This document shows positions 6,767 through 16,978 of a stretch of 29,985 nt of DNA, piece by piece. The stretch is taken from assembly GCA_039588275.1 (NCBI GenBank), contig JBDHAC010000034.1, positions 1 through 29,985 on the forward strand, read 5' to 3'. Position numbers and translations under genes: made by a program. Each line of letters begins with the position of its first letter. The stretch's first letter is position 1. Origin of the DNA: Gemmatimonadota bacterium. GTDB lineage: Bacteria; Gemmatimonadota; Gemmatimonadetes; Palauibacterales; Palauibacteraceae. Under the pieces are notes generated by a model. That model saw only the letters and a list, made by a program, of their open reading frames with translations. It was not told the origin of the DNA and ran no database searches.

Positions 6767-8695
6767 GTGACCGACCAGATCAGACGAAACGAGCGGCGTG
6801 GAAGACCCGGACACAGTCTCGCAGGGGAGGGCGGCCGCATCGGACGGTGTCGTGTCGGGGCGCTAGCCACGTGGCTGCTCGGGCCGCTGTTCATCACTGC
6901 CTGTGCTTTCCCAGGGCGGGCGGAACCCGACTCGCCTACAAGACCCACGACCGGAGCTGATGCGCGGATCGCCGTGGAGGCGTTGCAGCGCGCTGAGGCC
7001 GATCTGGAGGGAGGACGACTCAAGGAGGCTGTCGCGGCGGCCGACTCGATGTACTTGGCGTGGAGCCGCGACCGTTCGCTGGAATCACTGGCGAACCGCG
7101 CCCTGTGGCTCAAGGCGCGTGCCCTCGAGGCGGATGGCCTGTTGGGCGACGCCGGCACCACGCTGGATGTGCTGCTCGGCAGAGTCGAAGCCGGTCCCCT
7201 CCGAGACGAGGCGGTCGCTCGTCTCTCCGGAATCTGGACACAGACGGGCGAGTCGGTCCGGGCCGCCGATTTGCTGCTCGACAATCCGACGGCATTGGAT
7301 GAGAGCCGACGCGGCCTGCTCCGCGAGCTGGTAACTGGCCTTTCACTCACACAGCTCCGGGGATTGGCGCGAGAGTATCCGCCGACTTCCGCTGGAGCAG
7401 CCATCGTACACGTCCAGCTCGCGCAGCTTCTGGTTGTCGAAGACGAGGCGGACTCCGCGCGCCGCGTCGCCCGGCGCGCACTCGATGCCCGCCCTGATGC
7501 TCCGGAGCGGGACATCGCACGGCTCATTGCCGAATCCAGCGGTTCGCTGCGGGAAGGTACGGTTCGAATCGGTGCCATCCTTCCGCTGAGTGGCCGATTC
7601 GGTGGCGTCGGGCAACTCCTCAAGGAGGGCCTCGATCTCGCGTTGGATGGCTATCGAAGTGGCGCCGGCGACGCGTTCACCATCCAGCTCATGGTGCGCG
7701 ACGACGGCTCCGACTCAGAGCGCGCACCCGAGTTGCTCAGGGAGCTTGAGAGGGAAGGGGCGGTCGCGGTCATCGGGCCGATCCGCTCCGAGTCGTTCGC
7801 CGCCGCGCTTCGGGCCCGCGTCAATCCGCGCATGCTCGTCGTGAGTCCGACGGCGACGGAGGTGCTGGAGCCGACCCCGAGCGCGTACACGTTGTACGAA
7901 CAGGAGCGTCTTGACCGCGACGTGGCTGCGGATCTGGCCAACTGGACCGCAGGCGAGCTCGGGCTTCGCAGGGCGGCGGTGCTGTATCCGCTCGACCGGG
8001 CCGGACGCTCGGCCGCCGGCGCATTCCAGGCAGGGCTCGAGGCGACGGCGGTCGGCGTGCTGGCAGCTACCGGATACAATCCGGATTCGACTACCTTCAA
8101 GGAGTCGATCGAGGCTCTCGCGGCGCAGGAGCCCGATGTCGTCTTCGTGCCCGCTCCAAACTCCCGCTCCGTGCTCACGCTGGCGCCACAGCTCTACTAT
8201 TACGGGCTCGACCATTCGATCATCCTGGGGACGAGCGCCTGGGCGGACCCCGCAGTGCTGCGACGGCTCGCGCGGAACGATGGTGACTATCGGGTCATCG
8301 GTCTTTGGGTCGACCGAACCAGCCCCGGTACACCCTGGCAGAGGTTTGCGCTCGACTATGAGCGTAAGTATCGCAAGTCACTGCGGGACAACGTTTTGCC
8401 GGCATTGTCATTTGACGCGATGCGGTTGATACTCACCGCGCTGGACGAGGCGCGTCTCCCGATCCCGGCCGCGCTGTCTGCGTATCTTCAGCGTCGTCCC
8501 GTCCTCGCCGGCGTCACCGGCCAACTGGAGACGGATCCGACCACCTCGACGGTCCGTCGGCGCACGCAGATCCGCATGCTCTACGACGGGCAGCTCGTTC
8601 GCCCCGATCGCTCCCAGCTCCTGAATTGGCTCGTCGAGGCGCGGGTCGCCGCTGTCGAGCGACGGGAGCGAGAGCGAGAACGGCCTCCGGAATGA
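6767..8695 (+). CDS. Lipoprotein with a helical/TPR-like N-domain and a type I periplasmic-binding-protein C-domain (LppC/LpoA-like or ABC substrate-binding)
   Basis: Hydrophobic stretch ending in lipobox [15 protein letters not shown]...G, VAVIGP and PDVVFVP are typical of LivJ/LppC-type PBP1 folds. Confidence 0.75.
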   Translation: MTDQIRRNERRGRPGHSLAGEGGRIGRCRVGALATWLLGPLFITACAFPGRAEPDSPTRPTTGADARIAVEALQRAEADLEGGRLKEAVAAADSMYLAWSRDRSLESLANRALWLKARALEADGLLGDAGTTLDVLLGRVEAGPLRDEAVARLSGIWTQTGESVRAADLLLDNPTALDESRRGLLRELVTGLSLTQLRGLAREYPPTSAGAAIVHVQLAQLLVVEDEADSARRVARRALDARPDAPERDIARLIAESSGSLREGTVRIGAILPLSGRFGGVGQLLKEGLDLALDGYRSGAGDAFTIQLMVRDDGSDSERAPELLRELEREGAVAVIGPIRSESFAAALRARVNPRMLVVSPTATEVLEPTPSAYTLYEQERLDRDVAADLANWTAGELGLRRAAVLYPLDRAGRSAAGAFQAGLEATAVGVLAATGYNPDSTTFKESIEALAAQEPDVVFVPAPNSRSVLTLAPQLYYYGLDHSIILGTSAWADPAVLRRLARNDGDYRVIGLWVDRTSPGTPWQRFALDYERKYRKSLRDNVLPALSFDAMRLILTALDEARLPIPAALSAYLQRRPVLAGVTGQLETDPTTSTVRRRTQIRMLYDGQLVRPDRSQLLNWLVEARVAAVERRERERERPPE

Positions 8696-10242
8696 CCATG
8701 GACGAGAAGCTGCTCGAGCTCGATGAGCGCCGCCGTCGTGCCGAGGAGGGGGGCGGCCGCGAGCGGCTGGAGCGACAGCACGAACGCGGAAAGCTGAGCG
8801 CGCGGGAGCGGCTGGACATCCTCCTGGACCCGGGAACCTTCGTGGAGCTGGACCGCTTCGTGGAGCACCGCTCCTCGGACTTCGGGCTCGACGCCCGTCG
8901 GATTCCGGGCGACGGGGTGGTCACCGGCTACGGGCAAATCGAGGGACGCCCGGTCTACGTGTTCAGCCAGGACTTCACGGTGTTCGGCGGATCGCTCGGT
9001 GAAGCCCACGCCGAGAAGATCGTGAAGTTGCAGGAGCTGGCGCTCTCGAGCGGCGCTCCGCTCATCGGGCTCAACGACTCGGGCGGCGCACGGATTCAGG
9101 AAGGAGTCGTCTCGCTGGGCGGGTACGCCGACATCTTTCTCCGAAACACGCTGGCTTCGGGAGTCGTACCGCAGGTCAGCGCGATCCTCGGTCCATGCGC
9201 AGGTGGTGCCGTCTATTCGCCGGCGATCACGGATTTCGTCTTCATGGTGGACGGAATCAGTCACATGTTCGTGACCGGGCCGAACGTGGTGAAGACGGTC
9301 ACCCACGAGGAAGTGACGTTCGAGGATCTCGGAGGCGCGGCGATCCACGCCTCGCGGTCCGGCGTCGCCCACTTCCGCTCCGGCTCCGAGCTGGAGGCGC
9401 TCAAGCGCGTCCGGACGCTCTTGAGCTATCTGCCGTCAAACAATGCCCAGCCTCCACCGTACCGATCGACGGATGACCCTGTTGACCGTGGCGACGAAGA
9501 GCTCCTCAATATCGTGCCCGATGAGCCGAACAAGCCGTACGACATGCACGACGTGATCCGTCGGGTCGTCGACGACGGCGAGTTCCTCGAGGTCCACCGG
9601 GAGTTCGCCCAGAACATCGTGGTCGGGTTCGCGCGACTGGGTGGGCATTCGGTGGGGATCATCGCGAATCAACCCGCGGTGCTGGCCGGCGTCCTCGACA
9701 TCGATGCCAGCATCAAGGCCGGTCGTTTCGTCCGCGTGTGCGATGCTTTCAACGTCCCGCTCATCACGTTCGAGGACGTTCCCGGGTTCCTGCCCGGCAT
9801 CGACCAAGAGCACCGGGGAATCATCCGTCAGGGGGCCAAGCTCCTCTACGCCTACTGCGAGGCCACGGTACCGAAGCTGACCGTGATCACGCGCAAGGCG
9901 TATGGAGGCGCGTACGACGTGATGTCCTCGAAACACATTCGCGGAGACCTGAACCTGGCGTGGCCCACCGCCGAGATCGCCGTGATGGGACCCAAGGGAG
10001 CGGTGGAGATCCTGTACCGGCGAGAGATTGCGGACGCGGCGGAGCCGGACCAGGCCACGGACGAGCTCGAGGCCGGGTTCAGGGAGAAGTTCGCGAACCC
10101 GTATCTGGCTGCGGCACGCGGCTTTCTCGACGACGTAATCGACCCGCGCGAAACGCGTTGGCGGCTGATCTCCGGACTCGAACTGCTCACCAACAAGCGA
10201 GACCGGAATCCTCCCAAGAAGCACGGAAACATCCCGCTTTAG
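8692..10242 (+). CDS. pccB: Acyl-CoA (propionyl-CoA) carboxylase beta subunit, carboxyltransferase
   Basis: [65 protein letters not shown] and KKHGNIPL motifs. ATGA overlap with the upstream gene. Confidence 0.93.
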   Translation: MTMDEKLLELDERRRRAEEGGGRERLERQHERGKLSARERLDILLDPGTFVELDRFVEHRSSDFGLDARRIPGDGVVTGYGQIEGRPVYVFSQDFTVFGGSLGEAHAEKIVKLQELALSSGAPLIGLNDSGGARIQEGVVSLGGYADIFLRNTLASGVVPQVSAILGPCAGGAVYSPAITDFVFMVDGISHMFVTGPNVVKTVTHEEVTFEDLGGAAIHASRSGVAHFRSGSELEALKRVRTLLSYLPSNNAQPPPYRSTDDPVDRGDEELLNIVPDEPNKPYDMHDVIRRVVDDGEFLEVHREFAQNIVVGFARLGGHSVGIIANQPAVLAGVLDIDASIKAGRFVRVCDAFNVPLITFEDVPGFLPGIDQEHRGIIRQGAKLLYAYCEATVPKLTVITRKAYGGAYDVMSSKHIRGDLNLAWPTAEIAVMGPKGAVEILYRREIADAAEPDQATDELEAGFREKFANPYLAAARGFLDDVIDPRETRWRLISGLELLTNKRDRNPPKKHGNIPL

Positions 10243-10257
10243 CAGGTCACGGACTCC

Positions 10258-11793
10258 ATGTTCGACAAGATCCTGATCGCGAACCGGGGCGAGATCGCCG
10301 TACGTGTGATCCATGCCTGTCGCGAGCTCGGGCTTGGCAGCGTGGCCGTGTACTCCGACGTGGACCGCCAGACTCCGCACGTACTGCTCGCAGACGAAGC
10401 CGTCCCGTTGGGTGGTGCATCCGCGGCGGAGAGTTACCTGAACGTCGAGCGCATCCTCGAGGCGGCTCGGCGCACCGGGGCGGGAGCGATCCATCCAGGG
10501 TACGGGTTCCTGGCCGAAAACGCTGACTTTGCACGGACGGTGGAAGAGGCGGGTCTCGTGTTCGTCGGTCCACCGGCCAGCGCGATCGAGGCGATGGGCG
10601 ACAAGACTGCGGCGCGCGCACGCATGCAGGCCGCGGGCGTACCCGTCATACCCGGGTCAGAGGGTGCGCTTTCGAGCGTCGAGGAGGCACTCCCGGTCGC
10701 CGAGCAAGTCGGATATCCGGTGATGCTGAAGGCGGCAGGCGGCGGGGGTGGAAAGGGCATGCGGATCGCCGCCGGCCCCGACGACCTCGAATCGGTGTTC
10801 GAAAGCGCCGTGCGCGAAGCGCGGCAGGCGTTCGGTGATCCCCGGGTGTACCTGGAGCGGTTCCTTACGGGGCCTCGCCACATCGAGATACAGATTCTGG
10901 CCGACGACCTCGGAGCCACGATCCACCTCGGAGAGCGCGAGTGCTCGATTCAGCGTCGGCACCAGAAGCTGATCGAAGAGAGTCCCTCTCCCATCGTGGA
11001 CGCCGAGACCCGGGCGCGCATGGGTGAAGTCGCGGTGCGAGCCGCCGAGGCGGTCGGCTACCGGAGCGCCGGCACGGTGGAGTTCCTCGTCGAGGGGGGA
11101 GATTTCTACTTCCTCGAGATGAATACACGCGTCCAGGTCGAGCACCCTGTCACGGAGCTCATCATGGGGATCGATCTGGTGCAGGAGCAGATCCGGATCG
11201 CTCGGGGCGAGGGCATCCTGTGGAGGCCGGACGGTAACGAGCCGGCAGGCCACGCCATCGAATGCCGCATCAGCGCAGAGGATCCGCTGCACGGGTTCTT
11301 GCCCGCGACAGGTCGGGTAGAGGGCCTGCGCATCCCCGCGGGGCCGGGGGTGCGTTGGGACGCCGGCATCGACGAGGGTGTCGAGGTGGGACTTCACTAC
11401 GACCCCCTGCTCGCCAAGCTCATCGTTCACGGTGGGACGCGGGAGGCCGCGATCGCCCGCATGCGTCGGGCGCTGAGGGATCTTCGGATCGGTGGTCTGG
11501 CCACAACGATCCCGTTTCACCAAGCGGTCATGGAGGAAGCCGATTTCCTCGCCGGGGAGTATTCGATCCGTTACATCGAGGAGCATCCGGAGCTCACCCC
11601 GGAGACCGTACCTGCCCAGTGGCGTGATGCTCTGCTGGCGGCGGCCGTGCTGCTCGAGGAACAGGCCCACGACCGGCATCCGGGACACGTCGGTGACGGA
11701 GCGCCCGGCCAAACAGGGGGCCTCAGCGACTGGCAACGCGCGGTGGATCCGTGGCAGCGGCCCGCGACGGCGTGGAGGCACCCTATAACATGA
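10258..11793 (+). CDS. accC: Biotin carboxylase subunit of acyl-CoA (propionyl-CoA) carboxylase
   Basis: KILIANRGEIA, HPGYGFLAEN, GGGGKGMR, ERECSIQRRHQK, FLEMNTRVQVEHPVTE and YDPLLAKL motifs. Confidence 0.93.
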   Translation: MFDKILIANRGEIAVRVIHACRELGLGSVAVYSDVDRQTPHVLLADEAVPLGGASAAESYLNVERILEAARRTGAGAIHPGYGFLAENADFARTVEEAGLVFVGPPASAIEAMGDKTAARARMQAAGVPVIPGSEGALSSVEEALPVAEQVGYPVMLKAAGGGGGKGMRIAAGPDDLESVFESAVREARQAFGDPRVYLERFLTGPRHIEIQILADDLGATIHLGERECSIQRRHQKLIEESPSPIVDAETRARMGEVAVRAAEAVGYRSAGTVEFLVEGGDFYFLEMNTRVQVEHPVTELIMGIDLVQEQIRIARGEGILWRPDGNEPAGHAIECRISAEDPLHGFLPATGRVEGLRIPAGPGVRWDAGIDEGVEVGLHYDPLLAKLIVHGGTREAAIARMRRALRDLRIGGLATTIPFHQAVMEEADFLAGEYSIRYIEEHPELTPETVPAQWRDALLAAAVLLEEQAHDRHPGHVGDGAPGQTGGLSDWQRAVDPWQRPATAWRHPIT

Positions 11794-11806
11794 GACGCGA
11801 CGCGAC

Positions 11807-12313
11807 TTGAGGTATTTCGTCCGTGTGGGAGATGACACCCACGAGGTCGAGCGCACGGGACAGGGTGTGCGGATCGACGGCCGTGACCTGCCGGCCGAGC
11901 TGGTCCACACTCCCGACCAACCCGGTGCCCATCTACGCATCGCCGACCGTGGGTACGCGATACTGGGAGTGCGTTCCGAATCCGGCTGGCACATTCAGCT
12001 CGGGGGCCGGCGCTTTGCCCTCTCGGTCGAGGATGAGCGGGCGCACGCGATACGCGAGCTGACGGGAGACGTGGGAGCCGCGGCGTCGAGCCAGGACCTG
12101 CGCGCTCCGATGCCCGGGCTCGTGGTCAAGGTCCTCGCCGAACCCGGTCAAGCGGTCGAGGCGGGGGCCGGACTGGTGGTCGTGGAGGCGATGAAGATGG
12201 AGAACGAGCTCAAGGCCGAGGGGCCGGGAGTCGTGTCCACGATTCTCGTCGAACCGGGCCAGGCGGTGAACCGGGACGATGTGCTCGTGACCTTCGAGCC
12301 GGAGGTGGGATGA
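11807..12313 (+). CDS. Biotin carboxyl carrier protein
   Basis: APMPG...EAMKMENE biotinylation motif; TTG start. Confidence 0.93.
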   Translation: MRYFVRVGDDTHEVERTGQGVRIDGRDLPAELVHTPDQPGAHLRIADRGYAILGVRSESGWHIQLGGRRFALSVEDERAHAIRELTGDVGAAASSQDLRAPMPGLVVKVLAEPGQAVEAGAGLVVVEAMKMENELKAEGPGVVSTILVEPGQAVNRDDVLVTFEPEVG

Positions 12314-13947
12314 GCGGGCGCGACGCCTGGGAGCGCGACACACTCCAGCCGTTCCTCGACGCGTCGAACGGCGAGCGCCAGGACGCCTTCGAGACACCCA
12401 GCGGACTCGATATCGATCGGCTGTACGGCCCGGCCGAAGAGGACGACCTGTACGAAGAGGGACTCGGGTACCCTGGAGCGTATCCGTACACGCGCGGGGT
12501 GTACCCGACCATGTACCGCGGACGGCTGTGGACCATGCGCCAGTACGCGGGCTTCGGGACGGCGGAGGAGACCAACGCGCGGTTTCGTTACCTGCTGTCT
12601 TCGGGTCAAACCGGACTTTCCGTGGCCTTCGACCTCCCGACGCAGATGGGCTTCGACTCCGATCACCAGATGGCCTCCGGCGAGGTGGGTCGCGTGGGCG
12701 TTGCGATTGACACGCTCGAGGACATGGAGCGCCTCCTGGTCGAGATCCCGCTCCACCGAGTGTCGACCTCGATGACGATCAACGCGACGGCACCCATCCT
12801 CCTGGCGATGTACGTGGCCGTCGGGGATGGACGCGGCATTCCCCGCACGGCGCTTCGGGGAACGGTGCAGAACGACATCCTCAAGGAGTTCGTCGCCCGG
12901 GGGACGTACATCTATCCGGTCGAGCCCAGCCTCAGGCTGGTGACCGACGTGTTCGACTTCTGCGCGCGTGAGCTACCGCGCTGGAATTCGATTTCGATCA
13001 GCGGCTACCACATGCGCGAGGCCGGAGCCACCGCCACGCAGGAGCTCGCGTTCACGCTCGCCAACGCGGTGGAGTACGTGCAGCGTGCGCTGGATCGCGG
13101 ACTGGACCTCGAAGAGTTCGCACCGCGGCTCAGCTTCTTTTTCGCCGCGTACAGCGATCTCCTGGAGGAAGTCGCGAAGTTCCGCGCGGCACGTCGGCTG
13201 TGGTCGCGGCTCATGCGAGAGCGTTTCGGCGCGTCCGACCGCAGCTGCCGCCTGCGCTTCCACACGCAGACCGCCGGTTCCACGCTGACCGCGCAGCAGC
13301 CCCTCAACAACGTCGTGCGGGTGACCGTGCAGGCCCTGGCCGCGATTCTCGGCGGAACCCAATCCCTGCATACGAACAGCTACGACGAGGCACTCTCCCT
13401 GCCGAGCGCGGACGCGGCCAAGCTGGCGCTCCGGACGCAGCAGGTATTGGGGGCGGAGGCCGGTGTCGCCGACACCGTGGATCCGCTGGGAGGCTCGTTC
13501 TACGTCGAGAGCCTGACGGACCGACTGGAACAGGGTGCGCGGGCCTATATGGAAGAGATCGAGGGGATGGGGGGGGCGGCATCCGCCGTCGAGTACATGC
13601 GCGAAGAGATCCACCAGACCGCGTATCGCTACCAGAAGGCGGTGGAGCGGGGTGAAGCCGAGGTCGTCGGCGTGAACGTGCACCGGGAGGAGGAGCCACC
13701 ACTCTCACCGCCCGAGATGCCGGACTTCGCGGCACTCGCCGATGGGCAGCGAGAGCGCCTGGCGCGCGTCAAGGCGGGTCGCGATGCCGCCAGTGTAACC
13801 GATTCGCTCGACGCGCTGCGCCTCGTGGCTGCTGGGAGCGACAACCTCCTTCCCCTCATCGTCGAGGCCGTGAAGCACCGGGCTACGCTCGGCGAGATCA
13901 GCCAGGTGCTGCGCGATGTATGGGGCGAGCACAGGGTGGCCGGGTGA
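12310..13947 (+). CDS. Methylmalonyl-CoA mutase, substrate-binding large subunit (no B12-binding domain)
   Basis: [54 protein letters not shown] and [11 protein letters not shown] motifs. No DxHxxG motif. Confidence 0.93.
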   Translation: MSGRDAWERDTLQPFLDASNGERQDAFETPSGLDIDRLYGPAEEDDLYEEGLGYPGAYPYTRGVYPTMYRGRLWTMRQYAGFGTAEETNARFRYLLSSGQTGLSVAFDLPTQMGFDSDHQMASGEVGRVGVAIDTLEDMERLLVEIPLHRVSTSMTINATAPILLAMYVAVGDGRGIPRTALRGTVQNDILKEFVARGTYIYPVEPSLRLVTDVFDFCARELPRWNSISISGYHMREAGATATQELAFTLANAVEYVQRALDRGLDLEEFAPRLSFFFAAYSDLLEEVAKFRAARRLWSRLMRERFGASDRSCRLRFHTQTAGSTLTAQQPLNNVVRVTVQALAAILGGTQSLHTNSYDEALSLPSADAAKLALRTQQVLGAEAGVADTVDPLGGSFYVESLTDRLEQGARAYMEEIEGMGGAASAVEYMREEIHQTAYRYQKAVERGEAEVVGVNVHREEEPPLSPPEMPDFAALADGQRERLARVKAGRDAASVTDSLDALRLVAAGSDNLLPLIVEAVKHRATLGEISQVLRDVWGEHRVAG

Positions 13948-14050
13948 CCCGTGGCGCGACGCTACGGTAGCGACCGTTCCCATGGCATCTCGGCAGGTCG
14001 AGCGCCCGCTCCGCCTCCGCCGTTGATTCCAGCTTGAAGAGCGAAGCGTA

Positions 14051-14347
14051 ATGCCGACGTACGAATACAAGTGCAGCGCGTGCGGCCACGCCTTCGAGCG
14101 CTTCCAGAAGATCTCCGCCCGACCCGTCCGCACCTGCCCCGAGTGCGGGGCGCGCCGGGTTCGGCGCTTGATCTCATCCGGGGGCGGGCTGGTTTTCAAG
14201 GGACCCGGCTTCTACGCGACCGACTACCGGAAGGACACGCGCGGGGCGCAGGACCGGTCGAGCCCGACATCCGACTCGAAGGAGAGCACGGGGTCCGCAA
14301 AACCGAGCGAAGGGGGCGATAAGAAAAGCGAAACGGGAGACGGGTGA
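14051..14347 (+). CDS. FmdB-family zinc-ribbon protein
   Basis: MPTYEYKCSACGH...CPECG...FKGPGFYATDY followed by a low-complexity tail. Confidence 0.9.
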   Translation: MPTYEYKCSACGHAFERFQKISARPVRTCPECGARRVRRLISSGGGLVFKGPGFYATDYRKDTRGAQDRSSPTSDSKESTGSAKPSEGGDKKSETGDG

Positions 14348-16050
14348 TGAACGCGTCAGCACCCCAGCATACCGATCTGGCGCGGGAGCTGCGCCGAGCC
14401 GCGCGGGAGGTCGGAGCCCCCGACGGGTTCGAGCCCGAGCTCACGCGACCTCGAGACGCGACGCACGGCGATCTTGCCTCGAACGTGGCGTTGGTGCTCT
14501 CCAAGCAACTCGGCGAGACGCCGCGAGACCTGGCGCTTCGCATCGAGAGCACGTTCGATCGAGTCGCGGCAGGAGTCGCCGATGTCCAAGTCGCTGGGCC
14601 AGGATTCCTGAACTTCCGGCTCTCTAACGAGATCGTCCAGGAGCAGCTGGTGAACATCCTGGCGGCCGGCGACGAATACGGCCGCTCGGAATCCGAGCGC
14701 GCCGAGCGCATCAATGTGGAGTTCGTGTCCGCGAACCCTACCGGACCCTTGCACGTCGCGCACGGGCGCGGCGCCGCTCTTGGAGATGCGATCGCCTCGC
14801 TCCTCGAATGGACGGGACACGAAGTCGCACGCGAGTTCTACGTAAACGACGCGGGCCGACAGATCCGGCTTCTGGCCGAATCGGTGGAGGCTCGCTTGCT
14901 CGAGCTCACGGGCACTCCCACGCCGATCCCCGAAGGCGGCTACCACGGAGAGTACGTGGTCGACGTGGCCCGCGAGATCGCGGATCGGTCGGGTGCCGAG
15001 GCTCTCCTGACCCTGGATCGTGACGAGCGACTCCGGCGGATCGAGGCGGAGAGCGTAAGGCGCCTCAGAGAAGGGCAGGCGCGCGATCTCGAGGACTTCC
15101 ACATCGAGATGGACCTCTTCTATTCCGAGCGCAGCCTGTACGAGAGTGGCGCGATCGACGCGCTCGTACAGCGATTCGACGAAGCGAGCCTCCTGTACGA
15201 ACAGGACGGAGCCACCTGGCTGCGGACGACCGCGTTCGGAGATGAGAAAGACCGGGTCCTCGTCAAGCGGGACGGGGAGTTCACGTACTTCGCGCCCGAT
15301 CTGGCGTATCACCTCGACAAGGCCGAGCGAGGGCACGACCGGGCCATCGACATATGGGGCGCGGACCACCAGGGCCACGAGCAGAGGATGCTGGCCGCCC
15401 TTGCCGGACTCGGGTTTCCGGACCTGCTCGAGGTCGTGATCCTGCAGATCGTCACGGTCCTTCGAGGTGGTGAAGAGGCTCGGATGAGCAAACGGGCCGG
15501 CCGCTTCATCACGCTTCGTGAGCTCTTTCAGGAGACCGGCGTGGACGTTGCCCGTTACTTCTTCCTGATGCGGCGCCCGGAAGTGCATCTCAACTTCGAC
15601 CTCGACCTGGCCCTGGACACGTCGGAGGCCAACCCCGTCTACAAGATCCAGTACGCGCACGCGCGCATGTGCAGCGTGTTCTCGCGCGGCGAGATCGACC
15701 CGCGGGGTCTGGCTCCCGATCCGGTGGGGCTGGATCAGCTTCGCACGGAGGCCGAACGAGCCGTCGCGACGTCGCTCCTCCGCCTTCCGCAAGTGATCGC
15801 GGCGTCTGCCGAATCGCGGGCACCACATATGCTGTGCGTTTACCTGGAGGAGGTCGCCGGTCTGGTGAACTCCTGGTACCACCAGGGCAACCTGGATCCG
15901 GCTCTGCGCATGCTCGTGGAGGGTCCCGAGCGCGAGGGACGGCTCAAGCTCGCGCGCGCTACCCAGATCACGCTCCGCAACGGGCTCCGGGTCCTCGGGT
16001 TGTCGGCCCCGGAACGGTTGGTTCGGGAGGAGGGAGATGGTGGAGAATAA
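14347..16050 (+). CDS. argS: Arginine--tRNA ligase
   Basis: HGDLASN, AGPGFLNF, EFVSANPTGPLHVAHGR (HIGH equivalent), WGADH, MSKRAG and YKIQYAHAR motifs. ATG 14347 fits SD GGAG better than GTG 14344. Confidence 0.97.
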   Translation: MNASAPQHTDLARELRRAAREVGAPDGFEPELTRPRDATHGDLASNVALVLSKQLGETPRDLALRIESTFDRVAAGVADVQVAGPGFLNFRLSNEIVQEQLVNILAAGDEYGRSESERAERINVEFVSANPTGPLHVAHGRGAALGDAIASLLEWTGHEVAREFYVNDAGRQIRLLAESVEARLLELTGTPTPIPEGGYHGEYVVDVAREIADRSGAEALLTLDRDERLRRIEAESVRRLREGQARDLEDFHIEMDLFYSERSLYESGAIDALVQRFDEASLLYEQDGATWLRTTAFGDEKDRVLVKRDGEFTYFAPDLAYHLDKAERGHDRAIDIWGADHQGHEQRMLAALAGLGFPDLLEVVILQIVTVLRGGEEARMSKRAGRFITLRELFQETGVDVARYFFLMRRPEVHLNFDLDLALDTSEANPVYKIQYAHARMCSVFSRGEIDPRGLAPDPVGLDQLRTEAERAVATSLLRLPQVIAASAESRAPHMLCVYLEEVAGLVNSWYHQGNLDPALRMLVEGPEREGRLKLARATQITLRNGLRVLGLSAPERLVREEGDGGE

Positions 16051-16978
16051 CGCGGGGGCGATCCTCGTGGTGGGAAGCGTCGCGCTCGACGAGATCGCGA
16101 CACCGTTCGGGCACGTCGACGACATCATCGGTGGCGCGGTGGTCTACTTCAGTGCGGCGGCCTCCCTGTTTGGCAGGGTGCAGATGGTGGGTGTGGTCGG
16201 AGAAGATTACCCGATGCACGAGCTGGACTTCCTCCGTGAGCGAGGTGTCGATCTGAACGGCCTCACGCGTGCCAGCGGCCCGAGCTTCCGGTGGGGCGGG
16301 GTGTACGATTACGATATGAACACTCGGGAAACGACCCATACCGAGCTTGGCGTGTTCGCCCGGTTCCGGCCTGACCTGCCCGAGGCGTATCGATCCGCCG
16401 CCTGGGTATTCCTCGGCAATATCGATCCGGTTCTGCAGCTTCATGTATTGGATCAGGTCACCGAGCCTAAGCTGGTGGCATGCGATACTATGAACTACTG
16501 GATAGATGGCTCGAACGACGCGCTGCTCGAGGTGATACGTCGGATCGACATGCTGACCATCAACGATGAGGAAGCCCGACAGCTGTCGGGGAGCCCCAAC
16601 CTGGCGAAAGCGGCGCGCTGGATCCAGGATCGCGGCCCGCGCCACGTCGTGATCAAGAAGGGCGAGCACGGGGCGATGCTCTTCTCGGATGACAGCGTGT
16701 TCTTCTCCCCCGGGTACCCGCTCGAAGAGGTGGAGGACCCGACCGGGGCGGGGGACGCATTTGCCGGCGGTCTCTTCGGCCAACTCGCGCGCTCGTCGAC
16801 CACGAATCACATGGAGCTCCGGAGGGCCGTGGTATACGGGTGCGCGCTCGGATCCTTCGCCTGTGAGGCTTTCGGGCCCGGCCGGCTCGCGGATGTGTCC
16901 ATCGATCAGATCGAAGATCGCGTGAGGGCATTCCGGCACCTCACATACTTCGAGGAGCACGTGGAGATGGAGAGCTGA
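16037..16978 (+). CDS. PfkB/ribokinase-family kinase (possibly a nucleoside kinase)
   Basis: VGSVALD, GGA, NDEEA, KKGEHGA and the PfkB signature DPTGAGDAFAGG. Confidence 0.9.
   Translation: MVENNAGAILVVGSVALDEIATPFGHVDDIIGGAVVYFSAAASLFGRVQMVGVVGEDYPMHELDFLRERGVDLNGLTRASGPSFRWGGVYDYDMNTRETTHTELGVFARFRPDLPEAYRSAAWVFLGNIDPVLQLHVLDQVTEPKLVACDTMNYWIDGSNDALLEVIRRIDMLTINDEEARQLSGSPNLAKAARWIQDRGPRHVVIKKGEHGAMLFSDDSVFFSPGYPLEEVEDPTGAGDAFAGGLFGQLARSSTTNHMELRRAVVYGCALGSFACEAFGPGRLADVSIDQIEDRVRAFRHLTYFEEHVEMES

Noticed and set aside
14356..16128. 590-aa antisense ORF opposite argS, and similar long minus-strand ORFs (5476..6711, 9436..10494, 10657..11994, 15968..16960)
   Set aside because: Shadow ORFs expected from high-GC codon bias opposite well-supported genes; no recognisable motifs.
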